From: an archaeon
GTDB taxonomy: Archaea > Nanobdellota > Nanobdellia > Woesearchaeales > UBA9642
Assembly: GCA_043806035.1 (NCBI GenBank)
Contig: JAZDHK010000042.1
Span: 1-36,360, forward strand
DNA: 36,360 nucleotides
Direction of reading: 5' to 3'
Shown here: positions 1 through 8,446 of the stretch, in pieces
How the letters are laid out: each line of letters begins with the position of its first letter
How positions within the stretch are numbered: position 1 is the stretch's first letter
Position numbers and translations under genes: made by a program
The notes under the pieces: generated by a model
What the model saw: the letters and a program-made list of their open reading frames with translations, nothing else
The model's database searches: none
What the model was told of the DNA's origin: nothing

Positions 1-66
1 ATGGCGTAGTCGTCATCGACGACCGACAACAAAAACTGAAAGTCTTTACCGCCGACGTGGATGCGA

Positions 67-135
67 CAAGCCCTCCGCAGAGGGCTTGACGAGGAAGGAG
101 GCGGAACGGGGTCATAGGGGGTCGCAACCCCCTAT
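67..135. repeat. Two perfect 9-bp GC-rich hairpins with identical CGCA loops
   Basis: CAAGCCCTC-CGCA-GAGGGCTTG (67-88) and ATAGGGGGT-CGCA-ACCCCCTAT (114-135). Confidence 0.85.
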
Positions 136-141
136 CTCACA

Positions 142-171
142 GACGGTGTTTTGGAGTATTTAAATGATGCT
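142..171 (-). repeat. Cassette-end motif copy 1 (GACGRTG-N8-TATTTAAATGATGCT); contains a minus-strand TATA box
   Basis: GACGGTG-ttttggag-TATTTAAATGATGCT; same motif and spacing at 1484, 11402 and 12581. Confidence 0.85.
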
Positions 172-191
172 CTTTCAAAAGCGAAAGATTA

Positions 192-215
192 ATATATCAC
201 GTATATTTGATATAT
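192..215. promoter_or_regulatory. Inverted repeat (probable operator) upstream of RHH-type gene
   Basis: ATATATCA-N8-TGATATAT overlapping the AT-rich promoter of 241..795. Confidence 0.5.
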
Positions 216-240
216 GCCATATACATTGACTGGGTGCGTG

Positions 241-795
241 ATGAAAAAACCACTTGTACTTAAAGAAGAGCCGACTACCATCCGGCTGAAGAAGGGAACG
301 AAGCAGCTGTTGGAATCTCTTGGAGATAGAAATGATAGTTTTGATGACATTATCAGGAAGCTCATTCGCCAAGTACAACACCAAACAAACAACGAAGCGC
401 CAGAGATAGAGAATAGGCTAAAAATAAGTCATAAAGACACGACGTCCTCATCCCTACTCATCGATGGAGGCAGAATAGACTTCGCATACAGCGTGCCACG
501 ACCACCTCTTGACCCGGATTTCAGACTTAGGGTAACCTGCACGAAACTTGTATACAAAGGAAAGGAACGGAAGATATATGAAGAATATACGGACAGGAAA
601 ATCATGGCAGAACATTACTTGCGCATCATTGAGCAGATCATACATCAGCACATTGATCCTCTGTTCAAGATTGATGAGAAACACGTGCTCGATCTTGACT
701 GGTGGAAGAGACAATTCAAGAATTTAGGCTTTCCCGACCGAGCCTACGAGACTGATGTTGAGTTCGAGCTCATCAAGCTTGGGGTGCACCCATGA
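241..795 (+). CDS. Ribbon-helix-helix/antitoxin-like N-terminal DNA-binding domain fused to an unknown domain
   Basis: TTIRLKKGTKQLLESLG...SFDDIIRKLI resembles archaeal RHH/VapB-like proteins; start moved to ATG 241; overlaps next gene by 4 nt (ATGA). Confidence 0.6.
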   Translation: MKKPLVLKEEPTTIRLKKGTKQLLESLGDRNDSFDDIIRKLIRQVQHQTNNEAPEIENRLKISHKDTTSSSLLIDGGRIDFAYSVPRPPLDPDFRLRVTCTKLVYKGKERKIYEEYTDRKIMAEHYLRIIEQIIHQHIDPLFKIDEKHVLDLDWWKRQFKNLGFPDRAYETDVEFELIKLGVHP

Positions 796-1412
796 CCAAA
801 AGGATAAACCTGAATGAGTTCATCAAGTACTTCAATCGAAAGTCTCTACAAGAGGCAACACAAGATGCTGCTAGAATCACAATCACAAGGAAAGATTTCA
901 CGGCTATCCTGCTCATGCTTTCCCAGCAGGACTACAAACAAGAATACACAATCCAGTTCCTGCTCAAATTCGAACACAGGAAGACGAAAGAAGAAGGGAT
1001 CTTTCAGCGAGAATTCAGCATAGAACATCATCCCACACCCAGCAAACACTCCAAGCCTCACGTGCAAGTGCACATCCACGGCCCAGATCCCACTGACAAA
1101 GTCGGTGAACTCTGGATTACCCTGCCGCTCAAGAAAGATGCTGCATACAAGACGTGCATCGAAGGTTTCTTCAGCATCCTAGAAAATATCATACGGCAAT
1201 GCGAGCCAGGATTAGAGGAGGTCATGCTTGACATCACGGAAGTGCAAAAACTCACTCAGCAAAAAACATTCCTACACGAGAGCATCCAGGAAAGCCTCAG
1301 AACGAAAGACATACTCTATCAACAGCCTGACGGCACAAAAATACTGCTCACACCAAAAAACATAACGGGCCTGCTGAACAAGGACCAGGCACTCCTGCCA
1401 TTCTTTCAATGA
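792..1412 (+). CDS. Hypothetical protein with His-rich motif (possible toxin partner)
   Basis: 206-aa ORF translationally coupled to the RHH gene; EHHPTPSKHSKPHVQVHIH cluster. Confidence 0.55.
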   Translation: MTKRINLNEFIKYFNRKSLQEATQDAARITITRKDFTAILLMLSQQDYKQEYTIQFLLKFEHRKTKEEGIFQREFSIEHHPTPSKHSKPHVQVHIHGPDPTDKVGELWITLPLKKDAAYKTCIEGFFSILENIIRQCEPGLEEVMLDITEVQKLTQQKTFLHESIQESLRTKDILYQQPDGTKILLTPKNITGLLNKDQALLPFFQ

Positions 1413-1513
1413 CGCGGCTCTGCTTCGGGCAAGCATCGCGAAGCTGCTTCTCGACCTGCCTTGTTGTCTTCATGTTGTATAGCGACGATGCGAACGAATA
1501 TTTAAATGATGCT
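1411..1513 (-). repeat. Extended cassette end copy 2: degenerate tRNA-Ser(TGA) 3' remnant, conserved spacer and motif
   Basis: GACGCGGCTC (1411-1420) matches 8/10 of tRNA end GCCGCAGCTC (3261-3270); TCGCGA and CTCGACC blocks at the same offsets as in 12509-12610; motif at 1484-1513. Confidence 0.65.
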
Positions 1514-1521
1514 CAATTGTG

Positions 1522-2397
1522 CTAAAATATCGTTGCGCGTGTAACATAGGAACACTCATACTTTTCGTACTCCTGCATTTCGCGGATCATCGTCCATAGA
1601 CTTGCATAAAAGACGATCGGAATGTTCTTGTTGTCCAGTTTTTGCCATCTGCTCTGCAGATTTGCTTCCCTTCTGACCACCTGGCACAATGACGCTGCTG
1701 GCCGTATGAAGCCACGAATGAGTGGGCTCGTGATTCGTTGATCAGGAGGATCGTATCTGATTTCAGGGAAAGAGTGGCGTATCTTTGTCGGGTGAAGTTG
1801 TGTTAGGACGCTAAGGAGCGTATCGCCTGCAGGAAATTTTATATAAGGTTTTTTTATTTCAGGTTTAATATCGAAATATATATTACCCGTGCGATAGCGG
1901 CCATAGTCCTCGGCGAATGGACTAGCAAAGAAGTTTCTTCTCGCTGCATAGGACATATCTATCGCAGAAAATGCGCGCTCTGCTCCTCGAGAAACGACAC
2001 GTTCAAGTGCGTCAATAGGAAAACGGTTCTGTTTATAGAACGCTCGAGCAATGGAGGTCAACTTCTCTTTATCTATCCACGGTTGACTGCCTATAGCGCG
2101 CTGTCGTCTTGTTTCTTCGTCTGCATGGTCGACTTCGTGGAACCGTGCATTCATATTTCGACGAATCATGAAATCTGTAGGATACTTGCCACCGCTCAGG
2201 TAGGTGAGAAACGCTAATACTTCTCTTTCATGCAACTTATGATAATGATACCCATCTTCATCATATTCGTTCTCGAGTAGACTTCGTAGGTAGTTGGGGT
2301 GCTGTGACAGCCTATCAAATAGATCGGTATGTATCTTCTTTATTTTCTGTTCGTGTCTTTGGATATTTTCTTGATCGACTTTATTTGTGTTTTCCAT
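1522..2397 (-). CDS. Hypothetical protein (291 aa), divergent from TrmB regulator
   Basis: Long ORF; start reassigned to MENTNK at 2397 (GAGGTGA SD upstream) because the longer ORF overlaps the TrmB gene. Confidence 0.75.
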   Translation of the reverse strand: MENTNKVDQENIQRHEQKIKKIHTDLFDRLSQHPNYLRSLLENEYDEDGYHYHKLHEREVLAFLTYLSGGKYPTDFMIRRNMNARFHEVDHADEETRRQRAIGSQPWIDKEKLTSIARAFYKQNRFPIDALERVVSRGAERAFSAIDMSYAARRNFFASPFAEDYGRYRTGNIYFDIKPEIKKPYIKFPAGDTLLSVLTQLHPTKIRHSFPEIRYDPPDQRITSPLIRGFIRPAASLCQVVRREANLQSRWQKLDNKNIPIVFYASLWTMIREMQEYEKYECSYVTRATIF

Positions 2398-2497
2398 TTT
2401 AATCACCTCATAGTAGTATGTGTTGGTTTTTATTAATAAATGTTTGTAATAATGTATATTACGACAAAATTTAAATAGCAATTCATCTTTCGCAGGA

Positions 2498-3232
2498 ATG
2501 ATGGATACGAAACCGCTTGAAAACATAGGCCTCACTGCCTTTGAGTCAAAAGTGTACGTGGCATTGGTTGAGCTAGGTTCAGCGTCAGCAAGCCAAATCA
2601 TCCAGAAGACTGGCCTGCATCGTGCCGTCGTGTACGATCTGCTCGAACGCCTCATCGAGAAAGGGCTTGTGGGCCACGTCATCAAGACGAGGAAAAAGTT
2701 CTTTGAGGCGAGCGATCCTCGTCGACTGATGGAGATAGTCAAGGAAAAGGAGCAAGGTATCTCGGTACTCATGCCGCAGCTCCTGGAGCTATCGAAGTTC
2801 GGTTCTGCGCTCGAAGTTCGTATCTACAAAGGGAAGGAGGGTATGAAAACTGTTTTCGAAGATATACTGCGTGGCAAACCTCGGGAGTGGCTGGTCATGG
2901 GGTCAGGAGGTGAGACGTTTCAGTTGATACCTGCCTATCTCGCGCAGTTTCAGGAGCGACGTGCGAAACTAGGTATTCATCTGCGTGGATTGATGCTTGA
3001 CAGCGATAAGGCGAAAAAGCGAGGTAAAGAATTAGTGCAGCAACAGCACACGCAAATACGTTTTCTTCCCAAGCAGTTCAAAACACCGTCGGTAATCAAT
3101 ATCTACAATGATCGGGTAACATTGTTTTCTGTGACGGGCGAGAACATACCTTTTATTATACTGATTGAGAACAGAGAGTTGATGAAATCATTCAAAGAAT
3201 ATTTCGAATGGTTGTGGAGCATTTCTTCCTAG
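2498..3232 (+). CDS. TrmB-family transcriptional regulator
   Basis: LENIGLTAFESKVYVALVELG...VYDLLERLIEKGLV wHTH; YKGKEGMK linker; PLD-like effector domain (INIYNDRV). Confidence 0.9.
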   Translation: MMDTKPLENIGLTAFESKVYVALVELGSASASQIIQKTGLHRAVVYDLLERLIEKGLVGHVIKTRKKFFEASDPRRLMEIVKEKEQGISVLMPQLLELSKFGSALEVRIYKGKEGMKTVFEDILRGKPREWLVMGSGGETFQLIPAYLAQFQERRAKLGIHLRGLMLDSDKAKKRGKELVQQQHTQIRFLPKQFKTPSVINIYNDRVTLFSVTGENIPFIILIENRELMKSFKEYFEWLWSISS

Positions 3233-3236
3233 AGGT

Positions 3237-3259
3237 ACGGCGTCGCACTGATAGTCTAA
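3237..3259. repeat. Conserved tRNA-Ser 3' flank (att-like), copy A
   Basis: ACGGCGTCGCActGAtAGTcTAA versus ACGGCGTCGCAtaGAgAGTaTAA at 15791; forms an inverted repeat with the tRNA 3' end. Confidence 0.8.
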
Positions 3260-3400
3260 CGCCGCAGCTCGGATTTGAACCGAGAAGCCCTTTCGGGCAC
3301 CGGTTAGCTTTATGTGGGCTTGAGCGTGAGCGAAACCCACGCGTATCAAATGAGCCCATTTGTTCAAGACCGGCGCAATACCAGATTATGCGACTGCGGC
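3260..3400 (-). tRNA. tRNA-Ser(TGA) with 57-nt intron at 37/38 (3306-3362)
   Basis: GCCGCAG/CTGCGGC acceptor stem, CCGGT-CT-TGA-A|A-ACCGG anticodon arm, long variable arm GCCCGAAAGGGC, GTTCAAATC T-loop, G discriminator. Confidence 0.92.
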
Positions 3401-3507
3401 ACAGTATGCAGAGGTAAATGCCCGTTTATAAATCATGCGACATTTTTCGGGTCGAGGAACGAAATTTTTATATAATACTGCCCTCAGGAAGACGGCTAGG
3501 TGATGCC

Positions 3508-3666
3508 ATGGCTGAAGAAGAAATTGATGATGAACTTGAAGAAGATGCGGCAGACAGGCTAGAAGACGACGAAATCTCTGACAGCGAAGAAGCGTTCGAG
3601 AAGGGGTATGACGACGCCTTCAACGAGGAAGAGGAACCGAAAGAGGAAGAGACGGAAGAAACCTAA
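3508..3666 (+). CDS. Small, extremely acidic protein (52 aa)
   Basis: MAEEEIDDELEED...; AGGTGA SD and TTTTTATA box upstream. Confidence 0.7.
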   Translation: MAEEEIDDELEEDAADRLEDDEISDSEEAFEKGYDDAFNEEEEPKEEETEET

Positions 3667-5549
3667 ACTTTTTTGCTGATTTCTTCACGTAATTTTTTTA
3701 TAATGTCCTCGACGGGCATGCTGCCCAGGATTTTCTCTTCGCGCGTCCGCACGTTGACGTTCTTTGCTTCGACTTCCTTGTCGCCTATCACGAGCATGTA
3801 GTTGATTTTTTGCAGTTGCGCCTCACGGATTTTCTTGTTTACGGACTCTGCCCGTGAGTCGAGCTCTGCGCGGATGTCTGCGTCGAGCAAGTGCTTGAGT
3901 ACCTCTTGGGCGAACGGCTCGTGCCTGTCCGCAATCGTTAATATTTTCACTTGTACGGGGCTTAGCCAGAGCGGGAACTTGCCTGCGTAGTGCTCGATGA
4001 GCAGTCCATAGAAACGTTCTACGGCACCGTAGATAACTCTGTGAATCATGATAGGTCGGTGTTTTCTTCCATCGGGGCCGTCATAGGTGAGGTCGAAGCG
4101 TTCAGGAAACGCCATGTCGAACTGGATGGTGCCGCACTGCCACGTCCTACCGATAGCATCCTTGATGTGGATGTCAATCTTGGGGCCGTAGAACGCGCCG
4201 TCTCCCTCATTGATCTTATACGGTTTGCCGTAGCTTTCGAGAGCCTCGCGCAGGCTGTTGGTAGCAATTTCCCATTGCTCGTCGGTACCGATGCTCTTTT
4301 CTGGACGGGTACTGAGCTCGAGATGATACGTCAGTCCGAAGGTAGCATATATTTCCTCTGCAAGTTTGAGCACGCCAAGAATCTCGTCTTTCGCCTGATC
4401 TGCGCTCATGAAGATGTGCGCGTCGTCTTGGTTGAAGCATCGTACTCTGAACAGTCCATTCAGGACTCCGCTCAGTTCGTGCCTGTGCACCAACCCTATC
4501 TCTGCCTGACGAATGGGTAATTCTTTGTAGCTATGCACCTTTTCTTTGTAGAGCAGCATGCCTCCTGGACAGTTCATGGGCTTAATGGCAAAATCCTGCC
4601 CGTCGATGTTTGTCGTGTACATGTTCTCTCTGTAGTTCATCCAGTGCCCTGATGTCTCCCAGAGTTTGCGATTGAGGATGAGCGGTGTCTTGACCTGGAC
4701 GTAGCCTGCGCGCTTGTGGACTTCATGCCAGTATTTCATGAGTTCGTCCCAGATGCTCATGCCTTTAGGATGGAAAAATGGCATTCCGGGACCTTCCTCG
4801 TGAATGCTGAACAGATCGAGTTCACGTCCGAGCTTCTTGTGATCTCTTTTCGCTGCCTCCTCGATCTTGAACAGGTACTCCTTGAGCTGCTTCCTGTCAG
4901 GGAAGGAAATGCCATAAATTCTTTGTAGCTGCTTGTTCTCTGCCTTTCCTCTCCAGTACGCGCCCGCTATCTTCGTTATCTTGAACGCCTTGATCATGCC
5001 CGTCCGGGGCAGGTGAGGGCCTCTGCACAAATCAGAGAATTCTCCCTGCGTGTAGACGCTGATGTTGCCTTCCAGTTCTTTGATCATCTCTTCCTTGTAC
5101 TCGTTTCCCTTGAATCGTTCCAACGCTTCTGCCTTGGAAAGCTCTTCTCTTGTTATGGGCAGGTTTTCCTTGACAATTTTTTCCATCTCCTCCTCTATCT
5201 TCTTGGCGTCTTCGGGAGTGAGTGGCTGCATATCGATGTCGTAGTAGAAGCCTTCCTCGACGACAGGACCAATGGTGAGCTTGGCTTGAGGATAGAGGTG
5301 CATGATGGCCTGTGCCAGCACGTGCGCCGATGAGTGCCTGAACACGTCCATGCCCTCCTTATCATCGGTGGTGAGCAGTTTCAGCTCTCCGTCTTCCTCG
5401 AGCTTCCGCTTCAGATCAAGAGGGGTGTTGTTGAAAAGAACAGCGACGGCAAGATGCATCCTGCCCTTGTCCAGCTCCTCGAGAACGTGCTCTGCAGTGA
5501 CTCCTTTCCTGAACTCGTGCTTCTGCCCTTTATAGGTGAGATTAATCAT
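3663..5549 (-). CDS. thrS: Threonine--tRNA ligase (bacterial-type architecture)
   Basis: TGS-like N-terminus, RHSSAH and DLCRGPH editing motifs, GAYWRG, KPMNCP, GAFYGPKID, WQCGTIQ. Confidence 0.97.
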   Translation of the reverse strand: MINLTYKGQKHEFRKGVTAEHVLEELDKGRMHLAVAVLFNNTPLDLKRKLEEDGELKLLTTDDKEGMDVFRHSSAHVLAQAIMHLYPQAKLTIGPVVEEGFYYDIDMQPLTPEDAKKIEEEMEKIVKENLPITREELSKAEALERFKGNEYKEEMIKELEGNISVYTQGEFSDLCRGPHLPRTGMIKAFKITKIAGAYWRGKAENKQLQRIYGISFPDRKQLKEYLFKIEEAAKRDHKKLGRELDLFSIHEEGPGMPFFHPKGMSIWDELMKYWHEVHKRAGYVQVKTPLILNRKLWETSGHWMNYRENMYTTNIDGQDFAIKPMNCPGGMLLYKEKVHSYKELPIRQAEIGLVHRHELSGVLNGLFRVRCFNQDDAHIFMSADQAKDEILGVLKLAEEIYATFGLTYHLELSTRPEKSIGTDEQWEIATNSLREALESYGKPYKINEGDGAFYGPKIDIHIKDAIGRTWQCGTIQFDMAFPERFDLTYDGPDGRKHRPIMIHRVIYGAVERFYGLLIEHYAGKFPLWLSPVQVKILTIADRHEPFAQEVLKHLLDADIRAELDSRAESVNKKIREAQLQKINYMLVIGDKEVEAKNVNVRTREEKILGSMPVEDIIKKLREEISKKV

Positions 5550-5585
5550 GGCATGGACGGTTGAGGAGAATGTTTAAAAAGTTTA

Positions 5586-5774
5586 TCACACTTTGTACTT
5601 GAACGTGTTCCGCTTGCCTGTATTCTTGTACTGGACGATGTTCGTCTTCCTGAGCTTTTTCAGGGACATCGTCACTGAACCTATGGACACTTTGAGTTTC
5701 TCAGAAATCTCTCGAGAGGTAAACCATTTGCCTTTATGCTTGCACAAAAAATCATACACTTCCTGTTGTCCCAT
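5586..5774 (-). CDS. Small winged-helix DNA-binding protein
   Basis: MGQQEVYDFL...WFTSREISEKLKVSIGSVTMSLKKLRK. Confidence 0.8.
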   Translation of the reverse strand: MGQQEVYDFLCKHKGKWFTSREISEKLKVSIGSVTMSLKKLRKTNIVQYKNTGKRNTFKYKV

Positions 5775-5964
5775 GCTCTTACCCCGAACGTACACCTCAA
5801 GGACGAGAGGAGCTATATAAGCTTTTGGTTTTCACCCTCAGATAGAAACGGGTCATTGACCAGTTTGTCCACCGAGCGAAGTCTTCAGAGAGAACAGCTG
5901 TTGCGATTGTCCTCGAGGCGTGCAGCTGTTTTCCTTGCTGTACGGAGCGCAATGGCACACGTCA

Positions 5965-6105
5965 CTACCAAAGAAATATTGCCACGATGACCAGAACGAA
6001 ACCTGCGGCGATGGCGATGTGCGCGATTAGCTTGTCCGTCGAAAGACTTGTGACGTACTTCTGGACGGTATCAAGAACTTCCTGAACGTTTGCCTGAATG
6101 TCCAT
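5965..6105 (-). CDS. Small membrane protein (46 aa), not in the ORF track
   Basis: Manual translation MDIQANVQEVLDTVQKYVTSLSTDKLIAHIAIAAGFVLVIVAIFLW*; minus-strand TTTAAATA at 6127-6134. Confidence 0.7.
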   Translation of the reverse strand: MDIQANVQEVLDTVQKYVTSLSTDKLIAHIAIAAGFVLVIVAIFLW

Positions 6106-6161
6106 GCAACAATCGAAGAATGAAGGTATTTAAAGATTGTGAAAAAAAAGAAAAAAAAGTT

Positions 6162-6965
6162 TTACTTGTAGTCTGCCTTGGGTGCAGGTTCGGTGTATTT
6201 CTTCCAACCCTGCAGCTGTTCCTGTGCATTCTGTGCCTGCTTGTAGCCGTTTCTGGCACGAGCTGTGCTGAATGCGTAGTTTGCCATTCTGTCATCTTCG
6301 GGAACCCAGCCAGTCTTGTCTTTTGCTCCTTTTAGGAACATTGCAGCAACGTCGGTCTCGCCGTACTTAAGCACTGCTTCTTGGACTGCCAAATCTCCTG
6401 GTTTCTCGGCAATGCCTTGCTTGGCGACTTCTGCAGCTCTCTTGATTGCTGCTCTGTATTGCCTTTTCTTTCCAGACGAGATTCCGGTGAAGAGTCGTTG
6501 GTATTCCTCCTCTTCTATGCCTATCTCTTTAGCGAGTCCTTGCAGGACGCTTAATGCTTGCTGGTCACTGGTGAACTTTCCGCCTTCTGCCCATTCTTTG
6601 TACGTCTTGGCGAATTTCTTCGCTTTGTCGTCGCCTTCTGCAGCTAGGGCCAAGAGTGCGTCTTCGAGTGCGGCTCTGACTCGTGCATCATCTTGCTTGT
6701 ATTTCTTGGGATCTTTGACCATGAATCCGTTCGCTTCAGCAGTCACGAGATGTTTGCCGTAGGCATCGTTGACTCTGGTGTCGATGTTCTTGCCTTTCGT
6801 CACTTTGCCGTCTTTTCCTTTTGTTTCGGGCTGCTTGTAGATTTGGTCGTCAGTATAGTCCAAGTCGGATAGTTGCAGGAGATTCTTTGTGTCTTCTTTG
6901 CTCACATTTCCTGCAGATTTCCAGACGATGTCCGTCAATTCCTGCGGTTTCTTTTTTTCTGCCAT
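6162..6965 (-). CDS. Hypothetical Lys/Ala-rich protein
   Basis: 267-aa ORF with GAGGGG SD and a BRE/TATA-like AAAACCGAAAAGTATATAAATA upstream. Confidence 0.8.
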   Translation of the reverse strand: MAEKKKPQELTDIVWKSAGNVSKEDTKNLLQLSDLDYTDDQIYKQPETKGKDGKVTKGKNIDTRVNDAYGKHLVTAEANGFMVKDPKKYKQDDARVRAALEDALLALAAEGDDKAKKFAKTYKEWAEGGKFTSDQQALSVLQGLAKEIGIEEEEYQRLFTGISSGKKRQYRAAIKRAAEVAKQGIAEKPGDLAVQEAVLKYGETDVAAMFLKGAKDKTGWVPEDDRMANYAFSTARARNGYKQAQNAQEQLQGWKKYTEPAPKADYK

Positions 6966-7054
6966 TGTGTATCCCCTCTTTCCTCTTTTTTGAATATCGT
7001 ATGTATATTACTAGTATATAGTAGAGCTTATTTATATACTTTTCGGTTTTTTCA

Positions 7055-7630
7055 TCACTTTTTAGTGGTAAAATTCTCTTTTTTGGGGGTGTGGCGTGGT
7101 GTGGGGAAGTACCGCAGCATGAAGGGATAGGGGATGACGGTGCCTTTGTCGTCGAGAGTCATGTCCTTTGCCGTATTCCAGCCCAAATAGTCGAGAGTGA
7201 GCACATGCGTCCGCATGGTAACTATCGCTTCCAGCTTGCCCAATTCCTTATCGTGCTCGTCGAAGAACAGGCAGTTTCGCTCACGTGCGCTCTCTTCCCT
7301 GCCCCGGATGGAGAATCCGAGCCAGAATGGTTTTTTGACGATGTATAGCTTGTCTTGGCACTCGATGACCTTCCCTGCTCTTGCCGTCCGAGAAACGTAA
7401 TCTTCAGCAGGCTCGTCTTTATTCCTGTAGGCATTTCTTGCGTTGAACATTTCTGCAAGGATGTTCCGTTCTGGCGGCAGGTTGCTGGTCGTGAGTTGGT
7501 GGATATCTAAGATGTAGTCGTCTATTCCCTCTGCTACAGCTCGCTCATATGCTTTTTTTGCTTTTCGGTAGGCGGGCATGACAGCAACATCTCCTGACGC
7601 TATGCGTTTGAGTCTCCCCAGCAGAGTCAT
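7055..7630 (-). CDS. Hypothetical protein
   Basis: 191-aa ORF with an AT-rich TATA-like box about 25 nt upstream. Confidence 0.65.
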   Translation of the reverse strand: MTLLGRLKRIASGDVAVMPAYRKAKKAYERAVAEGIDDYILDIHQLTTSNLPPERNILAEMFNARNAYRNKDEPAEDYVSRTARAGKVIECQDKLYIVKKPFWLGFSIRGREESARERNCLFFDEHDKELGKLEAIVTMRTHVLTLDYLGWNTAKDMTLDDKGTVIPYPFMLRYFPTPRHTPKKENFTTKK

Positions 7631-7696
7631 GTACTGTTAATTCTCCGTTGCTTTTTAAATATTTCTTTTTTGTAACTATCAATTAGTGAGTATATT

Positions 7697-8377
7697 TTAG
7701 AATTTCTTGGAGGGTTTCTTCGCCGTTTCTTCTCCCCAATAGCGTTTTGGTGCATGATATTTGATGAGGAGTGAACGGATGGCAGTCCTCGTCTGATCCA
7801 TGACCTTCCGCGTTATTGCAGGATCATTTTCTTTTCCATACAGTCCGGAGAAGTACAACGGTTTTCCGACGATGACCTTCACTTTCTTTTTCTTGGGTAT
7901 GGTGTAGATGATCTTCATGCCCTGATGGACCATGCCATAACTGCCGATGATGGCAACAGGGATGATGGGGACGTGGGCGGTGAGCGCCACTCGTGCCGCT
8001 CCCGTGTAGAACCATCGCAGGCGTGGAGCTCCTCTGCACGTTCCTTCAGGGAATATGCCGAACGCTCCCCCTTTCTTGATGATGGCGACCGCTTTGGCGA
8101 TTGCGGGTCCTGACTTGCCCTTGCCTCTGTCGATGGCGATGTGACCGAACAAGGACAGCGGGATCCTGTAGATGGTGTCGAACAATTCCTGCTTGGCGAG
8201 GAAGATTATTTCTCGTTTGAAATGGCAGTACAGCAGGAATCCATCAGGTCTTCCTGAATGGTTGAAGGCGAGCACGCAGCCTCCTTTCGGGATGCGGTCC
8301 TCGTGCAGCATTTCATAGCGGTAATACCACGTGAATGGTGCCTTGAGGACTGTTGCAATGGCGTATCGTAAACCCAT
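7697..8377 (-). CDS. plsC: Lysophospholipid acyltransferase (PlsC family)
   Basis: NHSGRPD (HX4D), FLAKQELF, IDRG, FPEGT, GAARVA, PIIPVAI motifs. Confidence 0.88.
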   Translation of the reverse strand: MGLRYAIATVLKAPFTWYYRYEMLHEDRIPKGGCVLAFNHSGRPDGFLLYCHFKREIIFLAKQELFDTIYRIPLSLFGHIAIDRGKGKSGPAIAKAVAIIKKGGAFGIFPEGTCRGAPRLRWFYTGAARVALTAHVPIIPVAIIGSYGMVHQGMKIIYTIPKKKKVKVIVGKPLYFSGLYGKENDPAITRKVMDQTRTAIRSLLIKYHAPKRYWGEETAKKPSKKF

Positions 8378-8446
8378 GAGCGGAGCAAGATTGGCCGTTT
8401 TATTTAAAGCTACTGACTCTGTTGAATATCTCGTCCGAGCCTCGCT

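Larger units (their letters stand above)
1411..3270. mobile_element. Putative integrase-less islet at the 3' end of tRNA-Ser(TGA) (hypothetical gene + TrmB)
   Basis: Bounded by the tRNA 3' end plus shared flank (3237-3270) and the extended end repeat (1411-1513). Confidence 0.5.

Noticed and set aside
2398-2772. N-terminal extension of ORF 1522..2772 and similar extensions (18888, 27458, 27801, 29713)
   Set aside because: They overlap real genes or promoters; internal starts have SD/TATA or translational-coupling support.
7003-7050. Shared AAAACCGAAAA...TATATACT promoter pattern with 25164 and 36264
   Set aside because: Explained by the ordinary BRE-TATA consensus; spacing differs between copies.
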